From NCBI GenBank assembly GCA_034408915.1, contig DAOUGG010000042.1:1-50152 (forward strand): DNA of 50,152 nucleotides, read 5' to 3'. Positions 7,229 to 16,984 of the stretch are shown here, one piece after another. Source of the DNA: Anaerolineae bacterium (GTDB taxonomy: Bacteria > Chloroflexota > Anaerolineae > Aggregatilineales > Phototrophicaceae). Every line of letters starts with the position of its first letter. The first letter of the stretch is position 1. The notes beneath the pieces are model-generated. The model was not told where the DNA came from. It saw only the letters and a list, made by a program, of their open reading frames with translations, and did not search any database. Position numbers and translations under genes: made by a program.

Positions 7229-9037
7229 ATGTCAAACGGACGCTACGAAGATAGCCAGCTCTACCGCATTCGCCATTCAGCGGCCCACGTCATGGCACAG
7301 GCCATGCTGGAGCGCTTTCCCGAGGCCAAGATCGCTATCGGCCCGCCGATTGAAGATGGCTTCTATTATGACTTTGACCTGCCGCGTCCGGTGACTGAGG
7401 AAGATCTGGAGTGGGTGGAAAACCGGATGAAAGAGATCATCCGCGGGAACCATCCTTTTACGATGCGCGAGGTCAGCGCATCCGAAGCGCTGGAGTTTTT
7501 CAAGGACCAGCCTTACAAAGTGGAGTTGATCAAGGACCTTGTCTCCGGGCGTGTCGATGAAAACGGCAACGAGATAGCCGCGCCCGCCGAGAAGATCACC
7601 TTCTACACGCACGACACGTTCACCGACCTGTGCCGGGGGCCGCACGTCGCCAACACCAGTGAAATCGACCCTGAAGCCATCAGCATCACGTTCAAGAAAC
7701 CGGCGGGGGCCTACTGGCGTGGCGACGAAAAACGCGAGCAACTCACGCGTATTTACGGCACGGCATGGGAGAACAAGGAACAGCTTGACGACTACCTGAA
7801 CCGGCTGGAAGAGGCGAAACGCCGCGATCACCGGGTGGTGGGTGAAAAACTGGACCTGTTCACCTTCAGTCCGCTGGTCGGCAAGGGCCTACCGCTGTGG
7901 AAACCCAAGGGCGCGCTCCTGCGTGACACGCTGGAACGCTGGCTGCGCCAGATCCAGATTGAAAACGGCTATGAACCGGTGGTGACGCCGCATATCGGCA
8001 ATCTGAACCTGTACCGTACATCCGGCCATTATCCTTACTACAAGGACAGCCAGTACGCGCCGATTCAGATCGATGAGGAAGAATATCTCCTCAGGCCGAT
8101 GAACTGCCCGCACCACATCATGATCTACAAGAGCGAGATGCGCTCTTACCGCGATCTGCCGGTGCGCTACGCCGAGTTTGGCACGGTCTATCGCTACGAG
8201 CAGTCAGGCGAGCTGCACGGCCTGACGCGCGTGCGCGGATTCACGGTCGACGACGCGCATCTGTTCGTGACACCAGATCAGGTGCTGCCCGAATTCAAAC
8301 GCGCCGTGCAACTGATTCAGCACGTGTTCAATACGCTGGGGCTGACGGACTTCCGCGCGCGCGTCGGCCTGCGCGACCCGCAAAGCGACAAGTACGTTGG
8401 CGACGACGCGCAATGGGAGCGGGCGGCCAGAGACATCATTCAGGCTTGCGACGACCTCGGCCTGACCTACACGGTGGAAGAAGGCGAAGCGGCGTTCTAC
8501 GGGCCGAAACTCGACTTCATCTTCCGCGACGCGCTCAAGCGCAACTGGCAGCTTGGTACGGTTCAGGTCGATTACAACCTGCCGGAGCGATTCGAGCTGG
8601 AATATGTGGCCGAGGATGGCTCACGCCAGCGGCCGGTGATGATCCACCGCGCGCCGTTCGGCAGTCTGGAGCGCTTCATCGGCATCCTGATCGAACACTT
8701 CAACGGGGCGTTCCCGCCATGGCTGTCGCCGGTACAGGTGCTGCTCATTCCGATTACCGACCGGCACGTGCCATACGCCGAGTCGGTGGCCGCGAAGCTG
8801 GCTGATGTAGGTATCCGCGCCGAAGTCAACAGCGGCAAAGCGCGCATGGGTGCGAAGATTGCCATCGGGCGCGAGCAGCACATCCCGTGGATGCTGATTA
8901 TGGGCGACCGCGATGTCGAGGCGAACGCCGTTAGCGTTCGCCTGCGGACGGACGAAGACCTCGGCTCCATGCCGGTGGACGAATTCATCGCGCTGGCCAA
9001 ACGGGTGATCGACGAAAAATCCCTGTCACTCAGCTAG
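7229..9037 (+). CDS. thrS: threonine--tRNA ligase, short form lacking the N-terminal TGS domain
   Basis: N2 editing-domain motif RHSAAH..., class II aaRS motifs (PMNCPHH, FRDxxxRNWQ, GTVQVDYNLPERF, IHRA) and an anticodon-binding C-terminus. An in-frame TAA lies 2 codons upstream of the ATG, so there is no N-terminal extension. SD GAGGT at 5 nt. Confidence 0.95.
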   Translation: MSNGRYEDSQLYRIRHSAAHVMAQAMLERFPEAKIAIGPPIEDGFYYDFDLPRPVTEEDLEWVENRMKEIIRGNHPFTMREVSASEALEFFKDQPYKVELIKDLVSGRVDENGNEIAAPAEKITFYTHDTFTDLCRGPHVANTSEIDPEAISITFKKPAGAYWRGDEKREQLTRIYGTAWENKEQLDDYLNRLEEAKRRDHRVVGEKLDLFTFSPLVGKGLPLWKPKGALLRDTLERWLRQIQIENGYEPVVTPHIGNLNLYRTSGHYPYYKDSQYAPIQIDEEEYLLRPMNCPHHIMIYKSEMRSYRDLPVRYAEFGTVYRYEQSGELHGLTRVRGFTVDDAHLFVTPDQVLPEFKRAVQLIQHVFNTLGLTDFRARVGLRDPQSDKYVGDDAQWERAARDIIQACDDLGLTYTVEEGEAAFYGPKLDFIFRDALKRNWQLGTVQVDYNLPERFELEYVAEDGSRQRPVMIHRAPFGSLERFIGILIEHFNGAFPPWLSPVQVLLIPITDRHVPYAESVAAKLADVGIRAEVNSGKARMGAKIAIGREQHIPWMLIMGDRDVEANAVSVRLRTDEDLGSMPVDEFIALAKRVIDEKSLSLS

Positions 9038-9046
9038 GCGTAAATA

Positions 9047-9075
9047 CAGGGGGACGCAACGTCCCCCTGTTGATT
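9047..9075 (+). terminator. rho-independent terminator of thrS
   Basis: CAGGGGGACG-caac-CGTCCCCCTG followed by TTGATT. Confidence 0.7.
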
Positions 9076-9338
9076 CCTGTCACAGGCATAAGGCTGGGCG
9101 GCGAAGCAATCAGACCGCAGCGCCATTTCTGGAAGCGTTGTTCCCTGCCTTGCAATTCAGTACCAGTGAACTGATCTGATATTGCCGGGAGAAAACGGTC
9201 AGCTTACCGGCAAATGCCCCCGGAACCGCACGGATGGGAGACAAGTCAGATCGCCTTGCCTTTTCTACTTCTGTACACCTGTTGCACACATGAAAGTATG
9301 TGATCAACTCCCAATCCTTAGGGGGTAAATGGCAATGA

Positions 9339-9364
9339 CTGTATTGTAGTATGTAAACATACAG
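9339..9364. promoter_or_regulatory. palindromic operator-like site (CTGTAT...ATACAG / GTATGT-aa-ACATAC) about 35 nt upstream of nfeD
   Basis: Nested 6-bp inverted repeats in an AT-rich 320-nt intergenic region. Confidence 0.3.
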
Positions 9365-9395
9365 CATCTTCATTGAAAGAGTGTGACGTGAAGAC

Positions 9396-9929
9396 ATGAA
9401 CCAGTTAACCGATCTGACCCCGTACATCTTTGGGGCCATCACGCTGGCCGGAGTGCTGTATTTTCTCTACAGCATCATCTTTGGTGAAGTTTCCGGCGAC
9501 GGCGGCCCGGATCTCGAAGTCGCCGACGATGCCGGTAAATTTGGCTGCACGATCATCGCGGCGTTTCTGGCCGCCTTCGGCGCGGTCGGGCTGCTCGGCA
9601 CGCTTTCAAACTGGGGCCTGCCGCTAACTTTAGGCGCGTCGGTCGTTTTCGGCCTCGTCATCGGGCGGATCATCATGGCGGTGCTTGCCTACGTCGTGCG
9701 CCAGCAATCGACCGAGCGTCATCGAATTGACGACCTGATTGGCGTAAGCGCGCGCGTGACGATTGACACGCCTGCCGGCGCGACTGGCGAGGCCATGGTC
9801 GAAACCGCGTATGTCAGCAAATATCCGGTCAGAGACGTGACCAACAGTCCACTCAGCAGGGGCGATTACGTCGAAGTCGTTGATGTGCGCGATGGAACGC
9901 TGTACGTCAAGAAGAAGCGCCAAGGCTAA
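9396..9929 (+). CDS. NfeD family membrane protein (OB-fold C-terminus), partner of SPFH/flotillin
   Basis: Three N-terminal TM helices plus a C-terminal soluble beta domain. Sits immediately upstream of a flotillin gene, which is the canonical operon arrangement. Confidence 0.8.
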   Translation: MNQLTDLTPYIFGAITLAGVLYFLYSIIFGEVSGDGGPDLEVADDAGKFGCTIIAAFLAAFGAVGLLGTLSNWGLPLTLGASVVFGLVIGRIIMAVLAYVVRQQSTERHRIDDLIGVSARVTIDTPAGATGEAMVETAYVSKYPVRDVTNSPLSRGDYVEVVDVRDGTLYVKKKRQG

Positions 9930-9993
9930 GGTTGAAAACGCCTCAGCCGTCGTATGATTGCAGACATCTGTCGAAACTGAAAGGAGACACAGC

Positions 9994-11472
9994 GTGGAAG
10001 GAGCCGGGATTTTGATTGTCGTTGGCGTGGTGGTCATTTTGGGCATTGCCCTGGTAGCGCTGATCACACGCCAGTACCACCGCGTGCCGCCCAGCGAAGT
10101 CATGGTCGTTTACGGTCGCAAAGAGGCGCGGCTGGTCACTAACGGCGGCGTATTCGTGATGCCAATTATTGAAACCTACAAGAAACTGGACATCACGATC
10201 ATGACGATTAAGCAGGAAAAGGATGAGGTTTACACCGTCAGCGGTGTGCCGATCCGCCTGGACTGGGTAGCGCAGGTGCAGATCGACCCTGACGAGGCCA
10301 TGCTGCGGACGGCGGCGCGCGCCTTTCTCGATAAGTCTCGTGAAGAAATCCGCGACATTATTACCGAAACGCTGAGCGCCAACTTCCGGGCGATTGTCGG
10401 CCAGATGACCGTCGAGGGCATCCACCGCGACCGCGACGCCTTCGTGCAAAAGGTACAGGATCTGGCCCGTGACGACGTCGCCTCGATGGGCGTGCGTATC
10501 ATCGCCATGGGCATCGAAGAGATCAGCGACGATCAGGGCTACCTGACGGCGATGGCCGCGCCACAAATCGCCGCTGTCAAGCGCGACGCGCAGATTGCCG
10601 AAGCGGAAGCCGAACGCGAGGCGCGCGTCAAAGCAGCAGCCGCCAGACAGGAAGCCGAGCAGGCCGAACTGGACGCCCAGCGGAAAATCCTGCAGCAGCG
10701 CGAGGCGCTGGCTATCCGCGAAGTGGAAGTCGAAAAGACGGTCGGGCTAGCGCGAGCTGCCTCCGAGCAGGAAGTGCAGAAGCAGCGCGCGCTTGCCGTC
10801 GAGCAGCAGCAGGAAGCTGAAGTGCTCGTTCCGGCCCGCGCCCAGCGTCAGGCGATTGAAATTCAGGCTGAAGCTGAGCGCCGCCGTGTAACCATCAGCG
10901 CGCAGGCCGAAGCGGAAGCGGTTCGCGCCCGCGCCGAGGCCGAGGCTCAGGCGATCGAGCAGCGCGGTCGCGCCGAAGCGCTCGCGCATCAGGCGATGCA
11001 AGAAGCGGAAGCGGCAGGCGAGAAGGCGCGTCTGCTGGCTGAGGCCGAAGGCCGCCGCGAGCTGGCCGCCGCCACCGCCGCCGAAAACGAAATTAACCTG
11101 CGCCAGTTCCTGATCGAGCAGATTATGAAGGCGGAAATCGCCAAGGTGCAGGCGATGGCCGAGGCGATGGCCGGGCTGGGCAGCAACGTCCGTGTGGTAC
11201 AGTTCGGCAACGCCAACGGTCATGGAAACGGAACCGGAAACAGTTACATGGACATGTTGATGAACATTCCGGAAGTTGCCGAAACGTTCCGCACCAAGGT
11301 CGAAGCGCTAAGCGGCGAGGACTTCGAGTCCACGGTGACGCGGCTGGCGCAGTTGTTCGCGGCGCTCCGCACTACCGACACCTCGGTCGGCCCCGCCGGG
11401 CAGGCCATGGCCGCGAGTCCGGCTCCGCTCTCGCCAGATCCGTTGCCGGATGACGGCTCGGCGGAAAGCTAA
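9994..11472 (+). CDS. floT: flotillin-like SPFH/band-7 protein (FloT/YuaG-type)
   Basis: N-terminal TM helix, SPFH domain, then a long Ala/Glu-rich coiled coil (EAEAEREARVKAAAARQEAE... repeats). A likely GTG start at 9994 is preceded by AAAGGAGA at a 7-nt spacing. The computed ORF begins at 9958 (TTG). Confidence 0.9.
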   Translation: MEGAGILIVVGVVVILGIALVALITRQYHRVPPSEVMVVYGRKEARLVTNGGVFVMPIIETYKKLDITIMTIKQEKDEVYTVSGVPIRLDWVAQVQIDPDEAMLRTAARAFLDKSREEIRDIITETLSANFRAIVGQMTVEGIHRDRDAFVQKVQDLARDDVASMGVRIIAMGIEEISDDQGYLTAMAAPQIAAVKRDAQIAEAEAEREARVKAAAARQEAEQAELDAQRKILQQREALAIREVEVEKTVGLARAASEQEVQKQRALAVEQQQEAEVLVPARAQRQAIEIQAEAERRRVTISAQAEAEAVRARAEAEAQAIEQRGRAEALAHQAMQEAEAAGEKARLLAEAEGRRELAAATAAENEINLRQFLIEQIMKAEIAKVQAMAEAMAGLGSNVRVVQFGNANGHGNGTGNSYMDMLMNIPEVAETFRTKVEALSGEDFESTVTRLAQLFAALRTTDTSVGPAGQAMAASPAPLSPDPLPDDGSAES

Positions 11473-11491
11473 ACCACAACCACCGACACGT

Positions 11492-11534
11492 ACGCCCCTT
11501 CCCCCGAACGCGCGGGAGAAGGGGCGTTCATTTA
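11492..11534 (+). terminator. putative terminator after the flotillin gene
   Basis: 10-bp stem ACGCCCCTTC/GAAGGGGCGT followed by TCATTTA. Confidence 0.5.
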
Positions 11535-11617
11535 TCGCGGAACGTTTGAGCTGACCACAAAGGGCTTTGCAGGCGCAGGGCCAGAGTCGAGAAGTCGAAG
11601 CTGCGGGCCTGCGCGTC

Positions 11618-12313
11618 TCAGCGAATGAGCGGTTCCTTCTCAGGCATCATGTTGGTTTCGGCCAGATATTCCAGCCCTGCCCGGTCGACGATGGTGACGT
11701 AGCGCCCGCGCTTTTTCAGCATCCCGGCGTTCATCAGCCCGCGCAGCGCCCGCCCCACGACCTCGCGCGTCGTGCCGAGAATCGAGGCCATTTCTTCCTG
11801 CGTCAGGTTCGACGGGCTGGGACAAATCTGATCGCCATAGGCGGTTTCATGGAGAAACAGCTTGGCAAGACGCGACGGAATGGTACGGAAGGTCATATCT
11901 TCCAGTCGCTCGATGTAATCGCGGTTGAGGTGCGCCAGCGCCTGAACGGTATTGCTCAGCAGTTTACGCTCGGTCGCCATCAAATTGAGCAACTGCTGGT
12001 GGCCGATCACCAGAATGGTGCTGTTGGTCACCGAAATGGCGTTAAACGGATTGGGGCCGCCATCGACCGCCGCAACCTCATTGAAGGTCGACTGAGCGCG
12101 CAGCAGACTCAGCGTATGCAGCCGCCCTTCCGGACTGATGCGGAAAATCCGCACCATGCCATCCAGCACCAGATGAAAACCGGCGCACGGCTCCCCTTCC
12201 GAAAAAATCGTCGCGCCAGCCTGATAGGTGTGAACATGGGCGACCTGCTCGATGCGCTCCCGGCTGGCCGCGTCTAAACCGGCAAAATAGGGTATGGCAT
12301 CCCACTGGATCAT
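11618..12313 (-). CDS. Crp/Fnr family transcriptional regulator
   Basis: N-terminal cNMP-binding beta-barrel and a C-terminal HTH (EEMASILGTTREVVGRALRGL). Confidence 0.85.
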   Translation of the reverse strand: MIQWDAIPYFAGLDAASRERIEQVAHVHTYQAGATIFSEGEPCAGFHLVLDGMVRIFRISPEGRLHTLSLLRAQSTFNEVAAVDGGPNPFNAISVTNSTILVIGHQQLLNLMATERKLLSNTVQALAHLNRDYIERLEDMTFRTIPSRLAKLFLHETAYGDQICPSPSNLTQEEMASILGTTREVVGRALRGLMNAGMLKKRGRYVTIVDRAGLEYLAETNMMPEKEPLIR

Positions 12314-12361
12314 ATCGGCGGATTTCTCTTCACTTCCGAGCGCGAGCGTGGCCGGCTGGCT

Positions 12362-12808
12362 CTATTGAGGCAGCACCTGTGCAAGCACGATCAGGGTCAC
12401 GAACAGGCCCGCAGCTAGCAGGCCCATGCTGCGAAGATCGGTCAGCACATAGGTATATTCGCGCCGCAGCTCTTCCTCAGTTACCTCAATCGTCGGGTTT
12501 TCCAGTAATTCCGAAATCCTCTCGGCGTCGAGTTCAGGGCGTCGTTCCCGACCGGCGTCCTGAACGCGTGCTCGTCGCTCTCCGGCGCGCGAGCGAGTGC
12601 GCGTGATAACGCGCCGCTGCCGGGCGGCTACGGTACGATACGGGTTGGCAACAGCCGGTGCGGCTTTGGACGGAGGCTCCGCAACCGGCGGCTCCGGTTC
12701 CGGCTCCGGCGGCAACTCACCTCGCGCAATCGCCGCCTGGCGTCGCGCCCGTTCAAGTGTTTCCTGTGGCAGGTTCGGCGCGCTGGTGCGCGATTTGCGT
12801 TTCGACAT
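12362..12808 (-). CDS. hypothetical tail-anchored membrane protein (basic, Pro/Glu-rich N-terminus, C-terminal TM)
   Basis: ATG with AAGGAG at a 6-nt spacing. One C-terminal TM helix. No recognised domain. Confidence 0.55.
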   Translation of the reverse strand: MSKRKSRTSAPNLPQETLERARRQAAIARGELPPEPEPEPPVAEPPSKAAPAVANPYRTVAARQRRVITRTRSRAGERRARVQDAGRERRPELDAERISELLENPTIEVTEEELRREYTYVLTDLRSMGLLAAGLFVTLIVLAQVLPQ

Positions 12809-12930
12809 GCCTGGCTCCTTGAACCACGCCTGTGTCGAGCGCGGTCATGTTGACTCTACCACGCGCGACCATCGCTGCAAGAGTGAAGAAAGTCAATTCA
12901 CCGCCCGCCGATAACCGGCTACGATACAAT

Positions 12931-12967
12931 GGTCTTGCGCTGCCGCCGCATCGCTGATCGATCCGGC
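12931..12967 (-). terminator. 11-bp perfect-stem hairpin downstream of the sortase gene (terminator-like, no T-tract)
   Basis: CGCTGCCGCCG...CGGCGGCAGCG. Confidence 0.3.
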
Positions 12968-12986
12968 GGCAGCGTGGCAGCCCGGT

Positions 12987-14069
12987 TCATGCGTCAAGCG
13001 TGGCGAACACGACGATCCGCTTGTTGTTGACCTGATAGGGATAGCACGAAATCAGCGTCGCCGCCGGATAGCCACGCGATTCCATGACATGCACATCGGT
13101 CGGCTCGTACAGGTCCCAGCCCTGCACCGTATAGGTAAAAATCTGCGTCCGGGTCTGTATTTGGAACTGGTCCCCCGGCTCAAGCTGATCCAGATGGCGG
13201 AAGTATTCGCCATAAATGTCGTTGTGCGCCGCCAGCACGATATTGCCGGTTTCATCGAGCGGCGTCACATTGTTCGGCAACTGGCCGATACCCTGACGCA
13301 GCGCTTCCCAGTCAACGCCCTGAATGATCGTCTGATCGACGCCCAGTTTGGGGATAATCAGCCGCAGCGGCGTATGGTCGGTCGGGGGCGGGCGGCGCGG
13401 CGGCGGTTGCACCAGTTGGTCCTGCACCATCGGCAGCAAATGCGCCGGAATCTCGCTGTAATTGAACTGCGGCGCGCCAGCCTCGTTGAAGGTATGACCG
13501 CCCGGAAGCACGACCGCCTCCAGTGTCAGTTGTGGCGTCGGGGCAATCGTCGGGATCACAGCCCGGCGCTGTTGGTCCGCCAGCGCCGCAGCGCTCGCCG
13601 TTTCCTGCTCCAACCGGCTAATGGCGTCGAACAGCCGGACACCGAGAAAAACCAGCCCGACCACGGCGGCGATTTCCACCAGCAGCAGCGCCGCGTTGAC
13701 AAAACGCTTCCACGCGCGCTCGCCGTCTTCGCCGGGCGGCGCGTAATCAAAATCATCCAGCTCGTCTTCGAAGTGTAGCCCGGCGGGCGCAGCCGGGGGC
13801 CGATCCTCGCGATACGGCAGCACAGACGCGGCGGTTTTCTCCACCTTGACTGGCCCGGTTCCAGAAGCACCTTTGCTTACCTCCGGTTCCGGTGGCACAG
13901 GAGGCGGAACAAACTCCGCCGGAGGGCGAACCGGCTCCGGCTGTACGACCACGCGCCCCTCGCGCTTGAGCTTCTGCATCCGCTTCTGGCGTTCCTCGCG
14001 TTTTCGCATCGCCAGAATGCGCTCAAGCTCCTGAATGGATAACTCGTCTACAGGTCGTTTATCGCGCAT
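12987..14069 (-). CDS. sortase family transpeptidase (class E-like) with long N-terminal cytoplasmic extension
   Basis: Catalytic motifs LAAHN (His) and TLISCYPY (TLxTC Cys). A TM helix at about residue 125-147 is preceded by a roughly 120-aa charged, Pro-rich region. Confidence 0.8.
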   Translation of the reverse strand: MRDKRPVDELSIQELERILAMRKREERQKRMQKLKREGRVVVQPEPVRPPAEFVPPPVPPEPEVSKGASGTGPVKVEKTAASVLPYREDRPPAAPAGLHFEDELDDFDYAPPGEDGERAWKRFVNAALLLVEIAAVVGLVFLGVRLFDAISRLEQETASAAALADQQRRAVIPTIAPTPQLTLEAVVLPGGHTFNEAGAPQFNYSEIPAHLLPMVQDQLVQPPPRRPPPTDHTPLRLIIPKLGVDQTIIQGVDWEALRQGIGQLPNNVTPLDETGNIVLAAHNDIYGEYFRHLDQLEPGDQFQIQTRTQIFTYTVQGWDLYEPTDVHVMESRGYPAATLISCYPYQVNNKRIVVFATLDA

Positions 14070-14113
14070 GAAATCAGTTTACAGGAAAAGCAGGCAGCGT
14101 GCGTTGACGGACA

Positions 14114-14950
14114 TCAAGAGAACCGCGCGCTCGGATCGTCGTCTCTGGCAGCGACCGCGAACACTTCGCGCTCGAAAAACCAGCGGAATGGCGCAACCCG
14201 AAACGCCACGAACCGGGCAGCCGCCATCACGACATTTTCCTGACGGTTCTGCGGCGGACTTTCCAACCACACTTTGGCGCGGAAGCCTGCCTGACGCAAC
14301 GCCCGTTTCAGGCTCCACATCGACTGTTCGTTGACGTGAACATGCTGGTTGACGTTGACGAGAAACTGGCGTGGGTCTTTCGGGTAATTGTGACCCTGCC
14401 CCATGGCCGTACGCACCAGACGTACCACGGGATAGGCATAGCGATCGTACCAGACGTTCGGCGCGGTATGGATGATGAACCGGCCATCCGGCTTGAGCAC
14501 GCGCCGCACCTCCAGCATTGCTTCCTGCAGTTCCCACGGGTACAGATGCTCGACCACATCGAACATCAGCACACGGTCGAAAGTGCTATCCGGGAACGGC
14601 AGCGTTTTGGCGTCTGCCTGCGCTACCCCCACCTTACCGGGCGTTACACCGTTAATCGGGGCAATGACCTGGCGAGATATATTGACAGCGACCTCAGCAT
14701 AATCGATGCCAAAGGCGTCCGCGCCGAGCTGGGCCGCATGGCGCAGAATCTCGCCGCGCCCGCAGCCGACATCCAGCACCGTCATACCGGGCGAAACCTC
14801 AGCAATCGAGAAGGCCGATGCCAGCCGCCGCGAAAGCTGCTCCCCCTCGCTCGTATTAAATTCGTCGTAACCTTCACACGCAGTGCGAAAATATTCTTCG
14901 GTATACAGCGTGGAGGGCAGCGGCTGCTGCTCCTGACGTTGTCGATCCAC
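14114..14950 (-). CDS. class I SAM-dependent methyltransferase
   Basis: Motif I VLDVGCGRGE and the acidic post-I motif. Rossmann-fold layout. Confidence 0.85.
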   Translation of the reverse strand: MDRQRQEQQPLPSTLYTEEYFRTACEGYDEFNTSEGEQLSRRLASAFSIAEVSPGMTVLDVGCGRGEILRHAAQLGADAFGIDYAEVAVNISRQVIAPINGVTPGKVGVAQADAKTLPFPDSTFDRVLMFDVVEHLYPWELQEAMLEVRRVLKPDGRFIIHTAPNVWYDRYAYPVVRLVRTAMGQGHNYPKDPRQFLVNVNQHVHVNEQSMWSLKRALRQAGFRAKVWLESPPQNRQENVVMAAARFVAFRVAPFRWFFEREVFAVAARDDDPSARFS

Positions 14951-15137
14951 GGGATGCGCCTGCTCGTAACGAAACTTCTATTGCTATTGCGGCCATCAAG
15001 CAGCCGCCTGTAGCGATTATACAGGAGCCTCAATGCCATGCAACGCAAAAGATAGAGGCATGCAGCTTCTCAGGGAAAAGCAGCCGCTATTCAAATCGTC
15101 CGAAGGCGGGCCAGAGCGAATAGGACAAAAATCACAA

Positions 15138-15166
15138 TTGTTCCTTTTGCAAGATTACGTTATATT
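15138..15166 (+). promoter_or_regulatory. putative promoter TTGTTC-N17-TATATT
   Basis: Located in an AT-rich island upstream of the 15279 gene. Confidence 0.3.
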
Positions 15167-15278
15167 AACTCCAGTGCTCGTCTATACGTAGCCCCATCGC
15201 AGCTTCATGTCAGACCATCTTCTCCCAGGCGAGCACTTTTGTTTGTTCGTGCAGTTTGCCTGGGAAGAGACATTCGCC

Positions 15279-15815
15279 ATGTCTGACGATACCGGCCATC
15301 CTCACGCTCCCTTCGAAGATTTCATCAATTTCAGCCTCGACATGGAGGGCGTTGACGGCATCAGTTTCGAAACCGTCGCACGCGCTCTACGTGATACCAT
15401 CCGCAATCTCCCGCTGGAACGCGACGATGAGTCGTGGACCGACCGGCTCGATCGCCTGCAGGCGACGCTGCACGCCTGTCTGAATATCGAAGTCATCGGC
15501 CGCCTGCTTCGGGAAAACCCTCGCATCGCGGATATGGACGCGAACGAGCTGGACGACATTATCAACCAGACCGTGCTACTGGCGTTCATCAGCTATAACG
15601 AACTGACCGAGCGCTTCGATTTTGAAACGCCACAGGTGGCAAAAGCGCGCGAAGAGACCAGAAAGCTATGGGTGCTATTGCGCGCCGCGTCCGGCTGGAT
15701 CAATAAGGCCGCGAGCGAAGACGATCCGGTCGCACAAGGCATGGCGAAAGATATCAGTCGCGCGCTTGAGGAAATTCGCCCCTACGGTTGGGTCAACAAC
15801 ACGCGCAAGCTGTAG
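15279..15815 (+). CDS. hypothetical acidic cytoplasmic protein
   Basis: ORF with coding-like codon bias and an internal ATG start (MSDDTGHPH...). The computed ORF starts at 15207. No recognised domain. Confidence 0.45.
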   Translation: MSDDTGHPHAPFEDFINFSLDMEGVDGISFETVARALRDTIRNLPLERDDESWTDRLDRLQATLHACLNIEVIGRLLRENPRIADMDANELDDIINQTVLLAFISYNELTERFDFETPQVAKAREETRKLWVLLRAASGWINKAASEDDPVAQGMAKDISRALEEIRPYGWVNNTRKL

Positions 15816-16009
15816 CCACGCCACCACACCTCTACCGTAAAATCTGGGCCCGCCTTCCGCGCGGGCCTTGTCGCTTCAAAACCGCGTCGTTGCGCTCAGG
15901 CACATCCGCCACGCCCCTATCCCTGCGTCTTTTGTTACAATGTATCGTCTGTATCCGGCGGTGCGGACGGTGGTCACATGCGTCCGCGAATCGCAAAGGG
16001 ATTGCCATC

Positions 16010-16984
16010 TTGACACCGGCTCTCTATCCGCTGCTGCTGCGGCCCGCACTGCACGTCAAGGTGTGGGGCGGACGCCGCCTTGAAGAACGGCTGGGCAAGC
16101 GCCTGCCAACCGACGAGCCTTACGGCGAGTCGTGGGAATTGCACGATACCGCCACAGTCGCCAACGGCCCTCTCGCCGGGCGCACGCTGGGCGAACTGGC
16201 GTCTCTTTATGGCGAGGATCTGCTCGGCGCGGGCAACGATCCCGCAGCGGGCTTTCCGCTGCTGGCCAAATTCCTGGATGCCCGCGAGTGGCTATCGGTG
16301 CAGGTTCATCCGAATGACGAACAGGCCCGATCATTCGGCGACGGACCGCGCGGCAAGACCGAAGCCTGGTACGTGATCGACGCCGATCCGGGCGCGCAGC
16401 TTGTCATCGGCGTCCAGCCCGGCACCACCCGCGAGGCCATCGCCGACGCCATCCGCGCGAACCGGCTTGAAGACCTGCTGGTGTATGCGCCGGTCAAAGC
16501 GGGCGATACGCTGTTTGTGGCGGCGGGCACGGTTCACGCGCTCGGCCCGGGCGTACTGATCTACGAAATTCAGCAGTCGTCAGACATCACCTATCGTTTT
16601 TACGACTGGGGGCGGATGGGTCTGGACGGCAAACCGCGCGAACTCCACATCGACAAAAGTCTGGCGGTCGCCAACACCGAATCGCTGCCGCAGATTAACC
16701 ACAGCGCCGAGATTCCCGGCGAACGCGTGCGGTTGTTCGACAACCCGTTTTTCGTGACCGACCTGCTGCGGCTTGATAACGAACTGGCGATCAGCTTTGG
16801 CGACGACAATCCCCGGACCGGTTTCGACGCGCTGACGTGCATCGACGGCAGTGTCACGATCAGCAGTGCTGCCGGCTCGATTGATCTGACGATAGGGCAG
16901 ACAGCCCTTGTGCCGCCGGTTGCCGGCAAATTCACGGTGAGCGGTCAGGGGCGCGTATTGCGTTCAGCGCAGGTTACAGCATGA
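16010..16984 (+). CDS. manA: mannose-6-phosphate isomerase, class I (cupin)
   Basis: N-terminal VWGGxxL motif. Cupin metal motifs QVHPND and TEAWYVIDA. The likely TTG start at 16010 is uncertain. Confidence 0.8.
   Translation: MTPALYPLLLRPALHVKVWGGRRLEERLGKRLPTDEPYGESWELHDTATVANGPLAGRTLGELASLYGEDLLGAGNDPAAGFPLLAKFLDAREWLSVQVHPNDEQARSFGDGPRGKTEAWYVIDADPGAQLVIGVQPGTTREAIADAIRANRLEDLLVYAPVKAGDTLFVAAGTVHALGPGVLIYEIQQSSDITYRFYDWGRMGLDGKPRELHIDKSLAVANTESLPQINHSAEIPGERVRLFDNPFFVTDLLRLDNELAISFGDDNPRTGFDALTCIDGSVTISSAAGSIDLTIGQTALVPPVAGKFTVSGQGRVLRSAQVTA

Noticed and set aside
9110-9442. 110-aa minus-strand ORF spanning the AT-rich thrS-nfeD intergenic region
   Set aside because: It lies in a non-coding-looking AT-rich island with no codon bias and overlaps the nfeD start. 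Likely spurious.
10747-11223. Minus-strand ORFs antisense to the flotillin coiled-coil region
   Set aside because: Artefact of the repetitive Ala/Glu-rich coding sequence on the plus strand.
13089-13778. 229-aa plus-strand ORF antisense to the sortase gene
   Set aside because: The sortase frame carries the catalytic TLxTC and His motifs. The antisense ORF is Arg-rich low complexity.
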